Positions 22,878-36,329 of a DNA stretch of 64,000 bases are shown here, piece after piece (the first letter of the stretch is position 1; every line of letters starts with the position of its first letter). Both the position numbers and the translations under genes were made by a program. This stretch comes from Octopus bimaculoides (Eukaryota): positions 4,092,376 through 4,156,375 of the forward strand of contig NC_068986.1 of assembly GCF_001194135.2 (NCBI RefSeq). The letters run 5' to 3'. Under the pieces are notes generated by a model that was not told the origin of the DNA, made no database searches, and saw nothing but the letters and a program-made list of their open reading frames with translations.

Positions 22878-23700
22878 GTCGACAAGCTGGCAGAATCGTT
22901 AGCGCACCGGACAAAATACTTAGCAGCATTTCGTCCATCTTCAAATTCTGAGTTGAAATTCCACCAAGGTCGACTTTGCCTTTCACAGTTTGATAAAAGA
23001 AAACCAGCTGAATGCTGTGGGCGATATAATCGACTTACACCCTTTCTCGAAATTGCTGACCTGGTTCCAAAACATGAATACATTTAATTAAGGCGGCGAG
23101 CAGGCAAAGTCGTTACTGCACCGGGCAAAATGCTTAGCGGAATTTCGTCCGTCATTGTGATCCGAGTTCAAATGCCGTCGAGGCTGACTTTACCTTTCGA
23201 GGTCGATAAAATAAGTACCAGCTGGGCACCGGAGTTAATGTAATTGATTTACCAATTCCCTCAAAGTTGTCTTGTGCCAAAATTTTAAATAACTTGATAA
23301 GGCGGTGAGCCGACACAATCATCAGCACATCAAGCAAAATACTTAGCGACATTTCATCCACTTTTAGATTCTGACTTCAAATGCCACTGGGGTCAATTTG
23401 CTTTTCAGGGTCAATTAAATAAGTACCAGTTGAACACTGAGGTCGATGTAACAGACTTACCCTCACACTAAAATTGCCGGACTTGTGCTAAAATTTAAAA
23501 TCAGTATTTATATGTTTAATCGTTAGCAAAATGCTTAGCGATATTTCATCCGTCTTTACGTTCAGAGTTCAAATGCCGCCGAGGTTGACTGCCTTTCAGC
23601 ATTTCCAAATCGATAGAATAAGTACCAGCTGGACATTGGGGTCGATGCAATCCACTTACCTCTTTCCGGAAATTGAAATTTTTATGAATATATTTAATGT
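22878..23700 (+). mobile_element. Four tandem direct copies of SINE family A
   Basis: Heads near 22880, 23090, 23298 and 23520, each with aatgcttagcg..atttc..ccgtc and the ataagtaccag central motif. Confidence 0.88.
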
Positions 23701-24204
23701 GGTGAGCATTAATAGAACTGTGTTGAAATAAAGGCAATACTAGCTCAATGACTAATAATGTAATCGTTTATTGCTTTAACTGAATATAATCAAGACAAGA
23801 GGACTTCGGATTTTCATTAATTAAAATTTGGGTTAAGCATACAATAGGTGGCAATGACGAAAACTTCAAATAGTAATATTTTATTGATGGTTATTAATCA
23901 TTTGCACTTACATTTATAAAAAGCAAAAAGTATATTTTTATTTACTGTTATAAAATCGTTAAAAATGTCAGATTAGAAATAGTTTTTTAAATAATTCGCC
24001 AATTGCAACAACACCAAAACAATCAAAGTTTTGTAACTGAATGAAACAGCTGACCCAGCGCCTGAAGGTAAAAAAGAAAAGTAACCATATTAATTTATAT
24101 ATACAAAATGACTTGAGGGAACAATTTTTAAAATACTTTTTTGGTTAGTTGTCATTCAAAATCTAGCGTTATGACCACAAACAAGCATCACAAAAACTTA
24201 AAAT

Positions 24205-25445
24205 TAACTATATTTCAGAGATGAGGAATTATGTACATTATTTACATTTGAAGGATATTTGTCCTCAGTTAGTAGCCCGCGCTATTAACCACAACGCTAT
24301 ATGCGCGTGGGCAATTATAGAGTGAATTTTAGGACTTATAAATCTAATATTTTCCTATCCTTCCTTAATACCGGTTCCCATATACTCCTCATATCTGCAC
24401 TCGGTCTGCTTAGGAGGTTGTTGTGTCCTAGGATATGTGCTGCTTCTTCTAGTTTTCGTATTTTCCAGTGGTGTTCTCTGTCTTATTTTAACTTCATCCC
24501 ACAGAGGGAGGTGGTCCCCATTTTTCCATACATGATCAGTTGTACCCGATTTATCAATATCTCCTCGTGTCACAGCTTTGCGATGTTCCTCTACCCTTAT
24601 TTTGAGGGGGCACCGTGTTTCGCCTTTCTATAACCTACCACAGCTGCATGGGATGAAGTATACGCAGTCTTTGGTCATATTCTTTCCTATTGGTGGTTTT
24701 ATTCGAAGGAGATATTTGCAAAGAGTTATTTTACTCTTGAATACTGTCCTGATGTCATATGGGCCGCATATCTTTTGTATCTTTTCGGAGAGGCCTTTCA
24801 CATAGGGTAGACAGACTGTAGACAGCTTATTGGTTTCATCCTCTCTTTTCTTCATAATTGGAGTAGATAGTATGTTCTTGGGGTAGTTGTTTCTTAATAG
24901 ATTGTTACTGAGCTTGATCATTTCTTCGTGGTGGGTATCACGATCGCTACTTATATTCTTTACTCGGTGTTTTAGGCACTGAGCAATTCCTCTCTTTACA
25001 CTGTATGGATGGTGGGAATTGAAGTTAAGGTATCGTCCAGTGAAGGTCGACTTGCGGTATACGGATGTCCTGAATCCATACTCGGTGCGTTTTATTAATA
25101 CGTCCAAGAATGCTAGCTTTTCCATTGTGAACTGTATGGATGGCTTTATTGAGTTCACATGATCTAACAGCACTTGGACATCTTCCTGGTGGGGCCAGAG
25201 TATAAAGGTGTCATCAACATGTTGCAGCGATGGGGTTGGGTTTTGTGGTATTGATCCTAAAGCCAAATTCTCAAAGTATTCCATGTATATATTGACTATT
25301 ATCGGTGATAATGGCGAACCCATTGCTAAACCCTCTTCTTGTTGATATATATATACATCAGTATCCATACTGAAGTATGGTAGTTTTTACACAGAAGGTC
25401 AACATTTCCATCAAATTTCTTATTGGTATACCAGTGCGTTCTTTT
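24205..25445 (-). mobile_element. 5'-truncated Penelope/Poseidon-type PLE (RT plus C-terminal GIY-YIG), left arm of an inverted pair
   Basis: ORF 24628-25368 has GLAMGSPLSP, HVDDTF, LAFLDV, YLNFNSHHP, CVYFIPCSCG, followed by *KGETRCPLKIRVEEH (GIY-YIG). The 3' region lacks the B box and hammerhead. Confidence 0.93.
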
Positions 25446-25452
25446 ATGGACA

Positions 25453-25502
<50 letters not shown>

Positions 25503-26146
25503 CAAGAGGGTTTAGCTACGGGTTCGCCATTATCACCGATAATAGTCAATATATACATGAAATACTTTGAGAATTTGGCTTTAGGATCAACACCACAAAA
25601 CCCAGCCCTATCGCTGCGAAATGTTGATGAGACCTTTATACTCTGGCCCCACCAGGAAGATGTCCAAGTGCTGTTAGATCATGTGAACTCAAAGCCATCC
25701 ATACAGTTCACAATGGAAAAGCTAGCATGCCCGGATGTATTAATAAAACGCACCAAACATACTATGAACTCCAACAGTCTGTCTACCCTACGTGAAAGGG
25801 ATCTACGAAAAGATACAAAAGATATGCGGCCCATATGACATCAGGGCAGTATTCAAGAGTAATATAACTCTTTGCAGATATCTCCTCCGAGTAAAACCAC
25901 CAATAGAAAAGAATATGACCAAAGACTGCATATACTCCATCCCATGCCGCTGTGGTAGGTTATAGAAAAGCGAAACATGACGCCCCCTCAAAATAAGGGT
26001 AGAGAAACATCGCAAAGCATGGATGGAAAAATATTATATTTATAAGTCCTAAAATTCACTCTCTTATTGCCCACGGGCATATAGCGTTGTAAGTTAAGAG
26101 CGCGGGCTACCAACCCCAAGATTCCGAGTTCGATTCCAAGTAGTGA

Positions 26147-26178
<32 letters not shown>

Positions 26179-26320
26179 TAGAAAATACCTCAGGAATGAG
26201 AACCCAGGTTCGAAATTTCCCCCAAGACACCTGATGAAAGCTGGAGGCTGATAGCCGAATCATTGTGTTAACAACAAAATAGATGAGGACAAATATCCGT
26301 CAAATGTAAATAATGTAATT
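25446..26320 (+). mobile_element. Same PLE, right arm with two internal deletions
   Basis: ORF 25377-25838 is nearly identical to the left arm; retains the tRNA-like segment, (AAT)n and a degraded hammerhead. Confidence 0.9.
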
Positions 26321-26954
26321 AACTATATTTCTTCATTCACACACAGAGTCTCTCTGTCTCTTCCTTTCTCTCCCTCATTCTTTCTCGCCTAATTTTCCGT
26401 CCTAACTCTCCACATCTCTCTCTCATTGCATATATTTCCCCATTTGTCTCTCCCTACTCTCCATTGAATCCTAAGAGCAGGAAACGTTATAATTTGCAAT
26501 CTTCAGCACAAATTTATTGACATTCTCCAAATTTTCCTTCGGATTAATTCTTCCTGACTCAAACCTTACTAGACTTTTGGACTTTGTACAGATTAAAAAT
26601 TCCATATGTTTTACCGTCGCTATTGCACTTTTCATACTTGATCAACTTCAGAAACCGCCTAAGCCAGTTGAAAAGACAAAACGTTGAGTTTAACACGCTT
26701 CAACGCTTTGCTCAAAGGTTGCCAGCCTTGACTTCACATTTATATATTCTAGGATTTATAAAATAGGTATCAGTAATATATTATCCTTAATCCAAACATA
26801 CGACTGAACAAAGCAAATTAGTGTTTTCAAGATACATCAATGTCTTTATTTTCGCATATACCGTTTCAAAAACAGAATTATTGTAGCTTTTAAATTAGTT
26901 TGGTCACGCCATTGTAGTCTTTTGACAGTCATTTAAAGATCATATGATGCATTA

Positions 26955-27166
26955 CGAGGGAGTGCTGAAATGTTCTTGGTCTTAAGAGTATCGCGACAAA
27001 CCTGTTGGAAACCCAACCTTCCGAGTTCTTTTTCAGAGCTTAGAAAGACTGAAGGGCCGCTGCAATAAGCGTGTGAATCTGGGAGAGGGAATATGTTGAA
27101 TAAAATCATAACTGATCCTCCTGTATTTTCTTTGACCCAAAGCAAGGAACTTTTCAGCACCCCTCG
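26955..27166. mobile_element. 212-bp mariner-derived MITE
   Basis: TA|CGAGGGAGTGCTGAAATGTTC...GAACTTTTCAGCACCCCTCG|TA. Confidence 0.88.
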
Positions 27167-27697
27167 TAGGTGTTTGCCGTGCCAGCTTGTTATACCAGTA
27201 AATTTATTTCAAGTGTCACCATACGATCTTTACAATAAGAAGAAACTTTGGATAATATAATTCTCGATAGATAATGCCCCCAAAAGATGAGACAGCTACA
27301 ACTGGAATGTATTTTGCTTATCGGTATACTGGACCAGAAGTGACCTAGATCAAAACAACATCAACAACAAAAACAACATCAACACACACTATTCTTCTGA
27401 TACAGTAAATTTATGAATTGCATTTTCAAAGCTAGATTCTTGTCCAAGAAAAGTTTTTTGAATGTCTTTCTACGCTATGCTAGAAAGAGCTACATTTTTC
27501 AACTTCTGAATCGTAAAATTAAAGATGATTATAAAATAACTGTACATACTGCATTTGGATGTAAATGTTTTCAACATATCCGGTATTGGACAACTGCTTT
27601 CAAGCAAACATTTGATCTGCCTGAAAAGAAAATATACAAAATAAACAGTATAAATACTATATGTCGTTGTAAAAAAAACCTACTTAATTTGCAAATA

Positions 27698-28900
27698 TGA
27701 GGTGGGGCTGAATAGTTTATAGGCTGACTATGAAGAAGTGATGCTAGAGGTATGAAATCTTGCAAGCATTAATTTCAACTCCGCTTATTATTTAACTGCT
27801 TTGTTTCTCTCCAGGTAAACTCACATCTGACTGTTCGAAGATATCCCGAAAGGATAAAAGGCAAAGTAACTAGTAGTGACTTCTCTTGAAAATGGATAAA
27901 ATTTGGCATCATGGTGTTATGTACCTGCAGAGAAACGGTTTAGCCCACAAGGACATTCATGCTAATATGGTTGCAACATTAAGGGGTGACGCTTCAGCTT
28001 TATCGACAGTGCAAAAGTGGGCAGCTGAATTTAGGAGGGAAAGGGAGAGTCTAGAAGATGACCGAAGGCCTGGGTATCCTGAAACTGCCACCACCGAGGA
28101 AGACTTTGATCGTGTTCATCACATGGTGATGGATGACAGGCAGTTGACTATAAATCAAATAGCCAATGTTATCAGCATATCCTGTCAGAAAGTTGAGAAT
28201 ATTCTGCATGACGAAGGTTTCTGCGTGGTGGGTTCCACGTCTTCTGACACCTGATAAAAAGCGTACAAGATTGATCACATCACGGGGAAAATTTGAAGCA
28301 GATCCAGCTCCTTCAATGTCCCTTTAACCCAAGGTAAATGTTGGTTTCGTCACTCTCAACCAAAGACAAAAAGATAATTCAAGCAATAGAAACACTCCTC
28401 CCCGCCTGCTTCAAAGAAGGCTATGGTCATTTCCTTTGCAAGGAAGCTGATGGCTTCGGTTTTTAGGGATGCAAAAAACATTGTGTTCATTGACTATCTT
28501 TAAAAGGGCCACGCTATCAATAGAGATAAATCGAGATCAAACACCCAATTAAACTGACGAAAGGGCTCTTGTTTCATCAGGCAATGCTCTAACACACAAG
28601 TTCTTAGTTTCAATGACTGCAGTGCGTAACTATGGCTTTCAACTGGTTGATCAACCTCATCTAACTACCATATGTTCCCCAACATGAAAAAGTACATGCT
28701 GGGAACCAGTATCGCAGTGGTGACATCATATCTGTTGTTGATGACTTTTTTTACCAACAGGATGAAAACTTCTTTGCCAATAGGATCGAAGCACTACAAC
28801 ACCGATGGAAGAAGTATGCCGACAGTGAAGGGAAGTATATTGAAAAATAATCCTCATTTGGTCACACATTCCAGCCTATGAACTTTTAAGCCAACACTCG
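27698..28900 (+). mobile_element. Near full-length mariner (irritans-like), inactivated
   Basis: Matching ~28-bp TIRs with TA flanks. ORF 27886-28254 encodes the HTH region, followed by frameshifted WVPRLLT, KKAMVI and MFPNMKK. Confidence 0.93.
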
Positions 28901-29249
28901 TATATACAAACACGCTAAGAGATTTAATTTGCTCATAGAAACACTTACCTACAGACGGTTGCTTTATTTATGCAATTGTCTTTTATAGTGCCCAGGCAAT
29001 TAGAGTAAACAACGGTTGCAGCTACAAATGAAAAGAAAAACAAATTAGAGAACAGAATATATATTTGTTTTAAATATATAATTTGGGGTTTATTAGAAGA
29101 TATGCTAAAATCAAATTAACATAGTGTTTGTAGAAATAAAAGCAACAACAAATTTGACAATGATTACGATAAAAGAGTACAGCTAACCGTCTCTCGCAAG
29201 CGAGTGTGGTTTAGTAACACGTATACGCTTTTACATATTGTTTTAGGTG

Positions 29250-29460
29250 CTTATGTTGTAGCGGGCCAACACCCTCTCGATCGCATAGATCTTGACCCAA
29301 CTGCACATCAAGCATGTGACTACTAGTCGGAGGGAGGGCTACTCTAGTACATGGCAGGTGGAGCGGCATGAAATAATGCACTTCACTCAAAAATATGTCC
29401 AGGATCTGAGCCCACAAGATTATGGTCATGAACAGAACACCTTAACCAGTTGAGCACGAA
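29250..29460 (-). mobile_element. tRNA-headed SINE-like element (family D)
   Basis: Minus strand begins gtgctcaactggttaagg (A-box-like) with ggctcagatcc (B-box-like) about 35 nt later. Confidence 0.5.
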
Positions 29461-29834
29461 CCATCATATCGGAGTATAAAGCGAAATTGCCCATAGATAC
29501 AACACTTCAGGAAAAGCTATAAGCGTAGATTTTTACCTTAACTACTTGTGCACACTTTGACTCACAGTAACACTATCCTTTGTTGAACAAAATAATTTGA
29601 GCAAACATTATAGTCAAGCAAGGTTTTATTATTTTTCATTGTATATAAATTTCTAAGCATACTTTTTAAAAAGCACAAATTTGTTAGCTGCGATATTTTT
29701 ATCGGTTTTGAGTCAAAGCGAGGCTATGCTGTCGCTCAAAACATTGATGTGATGCAGAAAAAGTTTGGCGAAAAGTTCGTCAAAAACACGTGTCAGATCT
29801 AACTCAACGAAAATTGTGTTCTCCGGCGTAATGG

Positions 29835-30265
29835 TTTAAAATTTTGGCTCAAGGTCAGCAATTTTAGAGGAAGGGTAAGTCGATTTCATCAACTCCAGTG
29901 CTCAACCGGTACTTCATTTCATTGATCCAAAAGGATGGAAGGCAAAATTGACCTCGGCGGAATTTCAATTCAAAACACAATGATCCCGAAGAAATGCCGC
30001 TAAGTTTGTTTTTGTTCTGTGCGTAACGATTCTATAAGCTGAGCACCTCGATGATGATCCGTTCTACTATAGGTACAAGGCCTGAAATTTCAGAGAATGG
30101 GGCTAGTCGATAACATTGACCCAAGTGTTTAAATGGTGCTTATTTTATCAACCCCGAAAGGATAAAAGGCAAAGTCAAACTCGGCGGAATTTGAACTGAA
30201 AAAATAAAGACGGACAAAATGCCGTTAAGCATTTTGTCCGGCGTGCTGACGATACTACTAACTCG
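29835..30265 (-). mobile_element. Two tandem SINE family A copies
   Basis: Repeated reverse-complement central domain (ggcaaa.t.gacctcggcggaattt). Confidence 0.82.
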
Positions 30266-30269
30266 CCAC

Positions 30270-30715
30270 CTTGATGAGAAAAAAGAAAAGGAAGAAGGAG
30301 AAAAAGGAAGGAGAAAAAGGAAGGAGAAAAGGAAGTGGAAAAGAAAGAAGAAAAGGAAGGAGAAAAAGGAGAAAATGAAAAGAAAAAAGAAAACAGAAAG
30401 AGAAAAGAGAAACGAAAGAGAAAAGAAAAAGAAAAGCAAAGAAGAGAAAGAGAAAAAAGAGAAAAAGAAGAGAAAGAGAAAAAGAGAAAGAGAAAAAGAA
30501 AAGAGAAAAAGAAAGAGAAAGAGAAAGAGAAAAGAAAGAGAAAAAGAAAGAGAAAAAAAGAAAGAAGAAAAATAAAAATAAAAATAAAAAGAAAAATAAA
30601 AAGAAAAAGAAAAAGAAGAAAAATAAAAAGAAGAAAAAGAAAAAGAAAAAGAAAAAGAAGAAAAATAAAAAGAAGAAAAGAAAGAAGAGAAAGAAGAAGA
30701 AAAAGAAGAAGGTTA
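30270..30715. repeat. Polypurine (A/G) low-complexity tract, (AAAAAG)n-like
   Basis: Directly visible. A second GA-rich tract lies at 33790-34090. Confidence 0.95.
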
Positions 30716-30789
30716 TTTGTTTTAGCTTTGATCTAACTTTCTGTAGTCCTACGGAAAGTCAAACGTGCACTATGAGCTGAGAAAGAATG

Positions 30790-31460
30790 GACCTCGCACT
30801 ATTCGCTATAACAGAGCCTGAAATAGAGAGAGTGTTTGAGACTGTGGAGCAAGGATATAGATATGGAATTCGGTATCTCGAAGTGTGAGGTGCTCAAATT
30901 GAAACGGGGGAAAAGAGCAAATTGTAAGGACATAGGATTGCCAAAAGGAGAGCGAATAGAAGACCCGGATGTGATGGGTACAAGTACTCGGGATCCTAGA
31001 GCTGGACAATATCTTGCACGGAGAAATGAAAGACAAGGTCATCACTGCATATTTGAAGCGCCTCAAACTTCTCATGAAGTCGAAACTCAAATCAAGAAAC
31101 CTTGTGACTGCAACGACCATATGGTTGTTGCTGTAGTCCGCTATAGTGCACCTATCCTGAAATGGACACGTGCGGAGATTAACCAGCTCCATCGCACTAC
31201 CCGAGACCTTCACTGGCTACTATGCCGGAAGTGTGGATACGAATTAACGGGTGCTTAGTGCCAACATACACCGGAAAAAAACATCTGGAAACTTTAGAAA
31301 TATGAGATAATTGCAGAAATCGGCATTATCTGGAATTTCACGCATATTGCGTAAAGTACTGTGTCTGAGGTCCTTGTTGTGACTTCACAGACAATACAAC
31401 CCTCCACCCTTGGTGCACACAATATCTTCAACCAACAACATCACAGTATTGGATATTGTG
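30790..31460 (+). mobile_element. Internally deleted R4/Dong LINE fragment with 3' tail
   Basis: DMEFGISKCEVLKLKRG, YKYSGILE, VAVVRYSAPILKWT, fused to LHWLLCRKCGYE. Confidence 0.82.
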
Positions 31461-31469
31461 CGACATCTT

Positions 31470-31688
31470 AAATGACAATTCTTTCTACTAAAGGCACCAA
31501 GCCCGAGAAAAGAGGGAGGGGACTAGTCGATTACATCGAACCTAGTACGCAATTGGTACCTAATTTACCAACCCCAAAAGATAAAGGCAAAGTCGACCTC
31601 GGCGTAATTTGAAGTGGGGATGTTAAGACGGATGAAATGCCGTTAAGTATTTTTCCCGGTGTGCTAACGGTTCTGCCAGCACGCTGCC

Positions 31689-31690
<2 letters not shown>
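31470..31690 (-). mobile_element. SINE family A
   Basis: Reverse-complement match to the family A head, central domain and tail. Further copies at 32185-32402, 32540-32700 (degraded) and 34865-34960 (partial). Confidence 0.85.
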
Positions 31691-31725
<35 letters not shown>

Positions 31726-31728
<3 letters not shown>

Positions 31729-32164
31729 GATGGGCTACGGCAAATATTCTGTTGCGTAACACACATTTGCTTGTCAGTTGCTTGACCTTAACCAGTTGAG
31801 CATGTCTCAGTGGCTGACGATATGTGCATCTCTGATCATGAGCAGGCGTAGTGGAAGTGCATTATAGCCATGTGCTGAGAGGGATTCTTTGGGATTTGAA
31901 TTATTCACCTCTGGAAACATGGACGTTTTGTTCATCATCCTTAAAAAAAACTCATTCAGCAACTTTTTGAGCGGGTTGGGCTACTCAACCTGAAGAAAAT
32001 TCTAACTGGGCCCTACCTCCAAGGTCTATCATATATCGCACACATATGGTTGTCATGCATCTACCTGGTGTACCCTTATCAGACTAGTAGTCATGAGGAA
32101 AATATTGGACTTCACATATTTGGACCCCAGTGTCACTTTGATAAAACGCATTGATCTCTCACTC
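31726..32164 (+). mobile_element. (AAT)n-associated repeat, copy 3, 5'-truncated
   Basis: Starts about 95 bp into the consensus (aaagatgggctac) directly after (AAT)n; intact 3' end ctctcactc-aataat. Confidence 0.85.
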
Positions 32165-34344
32165 AATAATAAAAATAAAAATAATAACAATCCTTTCTAT
32201 TATAGGCACAAGTAATTTTGTGGGAAGGGGACTAGTCGATTACATCGGCCCCAGTGTTTCACTGGTATTGATTTTATCGACCCCGAAAAGATGTAAAACA
32301 AAGTCGATCTCGGTGATATTTGAAATCAGAACTTAAAGACGAACCAAATGCCGTTAAGCATTTCGTCCGGCATGCAAACGTTTCTGCCAGCTCACTGCGT
32401 TAGCAACAACAACAATAATAATATTAATAATCTTTTCAATATAATCTTTTACATTGAAAGATCATATTTACCTTGAAAATAGAGTGATTGGGGAAATTAT
32501 GCAATTGGAAAAACTAATCCCCGCCATTGATGATAATAACTGTCTTGAACATGGGTACAAAGTTTGAAATTAAATTTGGTGGGAAAGGGTTAGTCAATCA
32601 AATCAACTCCAGTATTTGTTTTGTACTTCATCTTATAGGTCTTGGAATAATGAAAGATACAGCTGACCACAACTGGATTTCAACTCAAAACTTAGAGAGC
32701 CTTGCCATTATCGATTGATGTTGATGATATATAGCACCATTCGACCGTTTGTTCTTCATAATGATGTTTTTAGGTTACTCAGAAATCAAGCTAAAAATAT
32801 ATAACTAGCGTATAAATAAGAAAAGAAAACAAATCGACTCACTTAACTTGAAACGAATAAAACTGTAAGATTAAATAAACTTTGACCGTTGTCTGGAATT
32901 AACTAGAAGGATTCTCAGTTAGGAAGTTTTAGTATAGCATTTCTAAATGAAACAGCAAAATTCAGAAAAATAGTGTTTCTGAGAGAAAAGAAAATGGTGA
33001 CAATGAAATTGATTTTAAAGTAGATGCTTACATTTGTAAGCTGTTAGCTTCAGACCTTTTAAACGCATAAAGAACATTTCCATAATGGCACAAGAACATG
33101 CAGGAGTGATGATATGAAATCCCACCACCTTGAAGAAATCGACCAAATAAGAATACTGTGGAAAAGGTACAAAATCACGCTGATGCTCCAGCATGACCGA
33201 AGCTAGAAGGCTGAAACAAAAGAGATGCATGCTTAAAAATTATCTTCAATGCAAGCGACTCGAAATCTGCTTCCTAAGACTTCGACAATGATTCTCAAAA
33301 AATTTTAAAAGTGACAAAATTGCTCAGTTATAAAAGAAAGGCTGCAAGTAGCAACGAAAGAGCTTTACCAAACAAAAGCAAAACAAATGGTCTTCTGTTT
33401 AACCAAATCAAACAAACAATCGATTAGTTAGTAGGATATTTAGCCAACTGACTAATAATAAAGGAGTGGATTTGAACCAGTGCGTGTGTTAATAATATTT
33501 GCATAATGACTCTCCCTCGCCACAACAAAATTCATTCCTTTTTTTTTTTTTTCTGAAAAACAAATCAATTCAGTTTAAGAGACTTACTAGCAAGCAAAAC
33601 CACAGCAATAACAATGAGCGACTTCATTTTGGATTTTCGTTCGAAGTATTTAGAACAAAGTTAATAAACTGTAACACTTCGTGTAGGCCTGGCCTCAAAA
33701 CTTGGGTCTGCGAGATTGTTGGCAACACTATGTAGACGCTCACAAAGTTTTCCTGAGTTATAATGACAGGTTTTATATTGGGAGGTGTCGCAAGAGAACA
33801 AAAGGACAGAGAAAGCGAGAGAGAAAGAGAGACAGATAGACAAAGAAAGAAAGAGAAAAAGAAAGAAAGAAAGAAAGAAAGAGGGTGGATAGAAAGGTGG
33901 AGAGAGAGGGAGAAAGGGGAGGAAGAGGTGGAGAAAAAGAGAGAGTGAGTGAGGGAGGGAGGGAGGGAGGGAGGGACAGACGGACGGATGGATCGAGAGA
34001 GAGAGAGGAAAGTGGAGATAAAGAAGGAGGGGGAGATGGAAGAAAGGAAAAGAGAGCCAGAAAGGGAAGGAGAGAGAGGAATACAGTGGGTACGGAGGAA
34101 CAAGATTAATTGTCCCTAGTTCAATATTCTAAATGCATTCATGTTCCATTTCGTTGAACCAAAACAAATAATACGTATTAACTAAACACTATTCTTTCTT
34201 GCTAATGCAATACTTTGTTTACAAGACTTAAGTAATATGTATGTATGTGTGTGTGTTTGTATAGTATATGTTGCATATATGTATTCATACGTACATATAC
34301 ACATGTAAACACACACAAATATATGTGTGCATATAATATTATTT

Positions 34345-34585
34345 GTTGTTGTTGGCACTCCGTCGCTTACGACGACGAGTGTTCCAGTTGATCCGATCAA
34401 CGGAACAGCCTGCTCGTGAAATTAACGTGCAAGTGGCTGAGCACATCACAGACACGTGTACCCTTAACATAGTTCTCGGGGATATTCAGCGTGACACAGT
34501 GGGACAAGGCTGACCCTTTGAATTACAGGCATAACAGAAGCAAGAAGTAAGAGTGAGAGAAAGTTGTGGTGAAAGAGTACAGGAA
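34345..34585 (-). mobile_element. SINE 3' part (family E) with (CAA)n tail
   Basis: Shares ctgtactcttt..ccaactttctctcactctt with 60785-60830. Ends gcgacggagtgccaacaacaacaa. Confidence 0.65.
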
Positions 34586-36033
34586 TATTCTATACCAGAA
34601 CACTTCTTCAAAAATCAAAAACTTTATGAATTGTATTCAACAATTTCATGTCTCTGTTCTACTAACTTTTATCTGTATATTTGAATCATATTGCTATTAA
34701 ATGCAATTGCATTCACTAAAAGCATCAGCATACACATGCTCAGTTTTTCTTATTTCGTTCGTTGGTCTTACAACAAATGTAGATTTTGTTGTAAGGATTC
34801 CTGAAGCAGATAACCTTCCTCGACTTTGACCCTCGAATGTTTAAATTATATGCATAGTAATATTGATCTTAAATTTTGGCACAAAGCCAACAGTTACGGG
34901 GGAGGGGTCAGTTGATTACATCTACCTCATTATTCAACTGGTACTTATTTTGGTGGACATTGGGAAAATGGCTGTAACTTTTTTATTTTTTTTCGATAAT
35001 GTGTTCTATATGTCACGGTCATGCGATTCCCCCTAAAAAAAATTTTGGACCACCCCCTCCCCTTCCCCACACACGGGGGAGGGGGGCGATTTTCATTTTT
35101 GACATTGAGTTCTACATGTTCAGGTCGTACGAATAGCCTTCTCGCAACTTATATGTGAAAATGAACGGCTTACATTTATATACATACATAAAGATATATA
35201 CATATATTTATATACACACACACATATATATATATATACATATTTATACACATATATACATACATATAAAGATATAAATATATACATATATACCCACTCA
35301 TATATACATACATACATACGTACACACATTTTAGCTCCGCAGAATTGGCAGATTGTTGACATGCAGCCTGTTTGAACGTCGGGGTGATTACTGTAGAGAC
35401 AACCAAAAATGACTATATTCCTGCCCCAATAAATTTAGATGCATATATCTGAAGCATATAACACATTAATGAACTAGCCTGATTAAATGATTAATTAAAA
35501 AAAGGAAAGCAACTAAAAAGGAAAAGCAGAAAGCAAGTTAATTAAAGCTGAAAGAGAAAATTAATGATAAAAGTTAAACTTACCCTAATTCGACAGCTTA
35601 TTGAAAATAACTTTATTAAATATTTAATTAGTTGAAAGAATCGACCCCTGGACTAATTCTTTATACACCTGGCGCTTATTCTATCGATAACTTCAGCCGA
35701 ACCACTAAATTACAGGAACATAAACGCACCAATATCGGTTCCTACGCAACGGTGTTGGGGAACAGACACAGACACACTGATATATGTATGGGATTACTGT
35801 GTACAACTCTACATCTCAGAGTGTGCTTCTTCTTTCGGATTTATGTTTTTTTTAATAACTGCCAAAAGAATACAAATCTAGATGTTCAGATAAGAAATCT
35901 TGTTTCTTTTTTCAACTTCGTACATCTAACACTTCTCTGCACAGACCATAATCCCCTTATTAGTTCTTTGCATTATTCTATCTATTTCATTACCTATGTA
36001 AACATAGCTAAAACATAATTTCGTCTTCCACGC

Positions 36034-36329
36034 TGTTATGTTTTAAAAACAAACTGAAGTTCCTTTTGTTATATGGACTGTTGGATATGTTATTCGTCTG
36101 ACGTTCCGTGTGTCACTGTGGTTCGTCTGAGTTCATTGTTTCATTGTTGTTGTCCTGTGTGACTGTCATAGTAAAATGTCATTGATATATATGGCGGACA
36201 TGATTTTTGTTTATTTATAACGAACATTGGGTGAGTGCGTTCTTTGTATGTAATTGAATAATAAATGTAATAATTAAATTGTACAACTCGTTGTGTTATC
36301 TCTGCGAGCCTCCCGAGGGAAATACAACA
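36034..36329. mobile_element. Possible solo LTR (296 bp)
   Basis: TGTTA...CAACA ends and an internal AATAAA; no TSD found. Confidence 0.4.

Noticed and set aside
24050-24067. Possible 18-nt microexon (cag|CTGACCCAGCGCCTGAAG|gtaaaa)
   Set aside because: No polypyrimidine tract and no partner exons; needs RNA-seq.
30140-30736. Lys/Arg/Glu-rich and Phe/Ser/Leu-rich ORFs
   Set aside because: By-products of a polypurine tract; no domain content.
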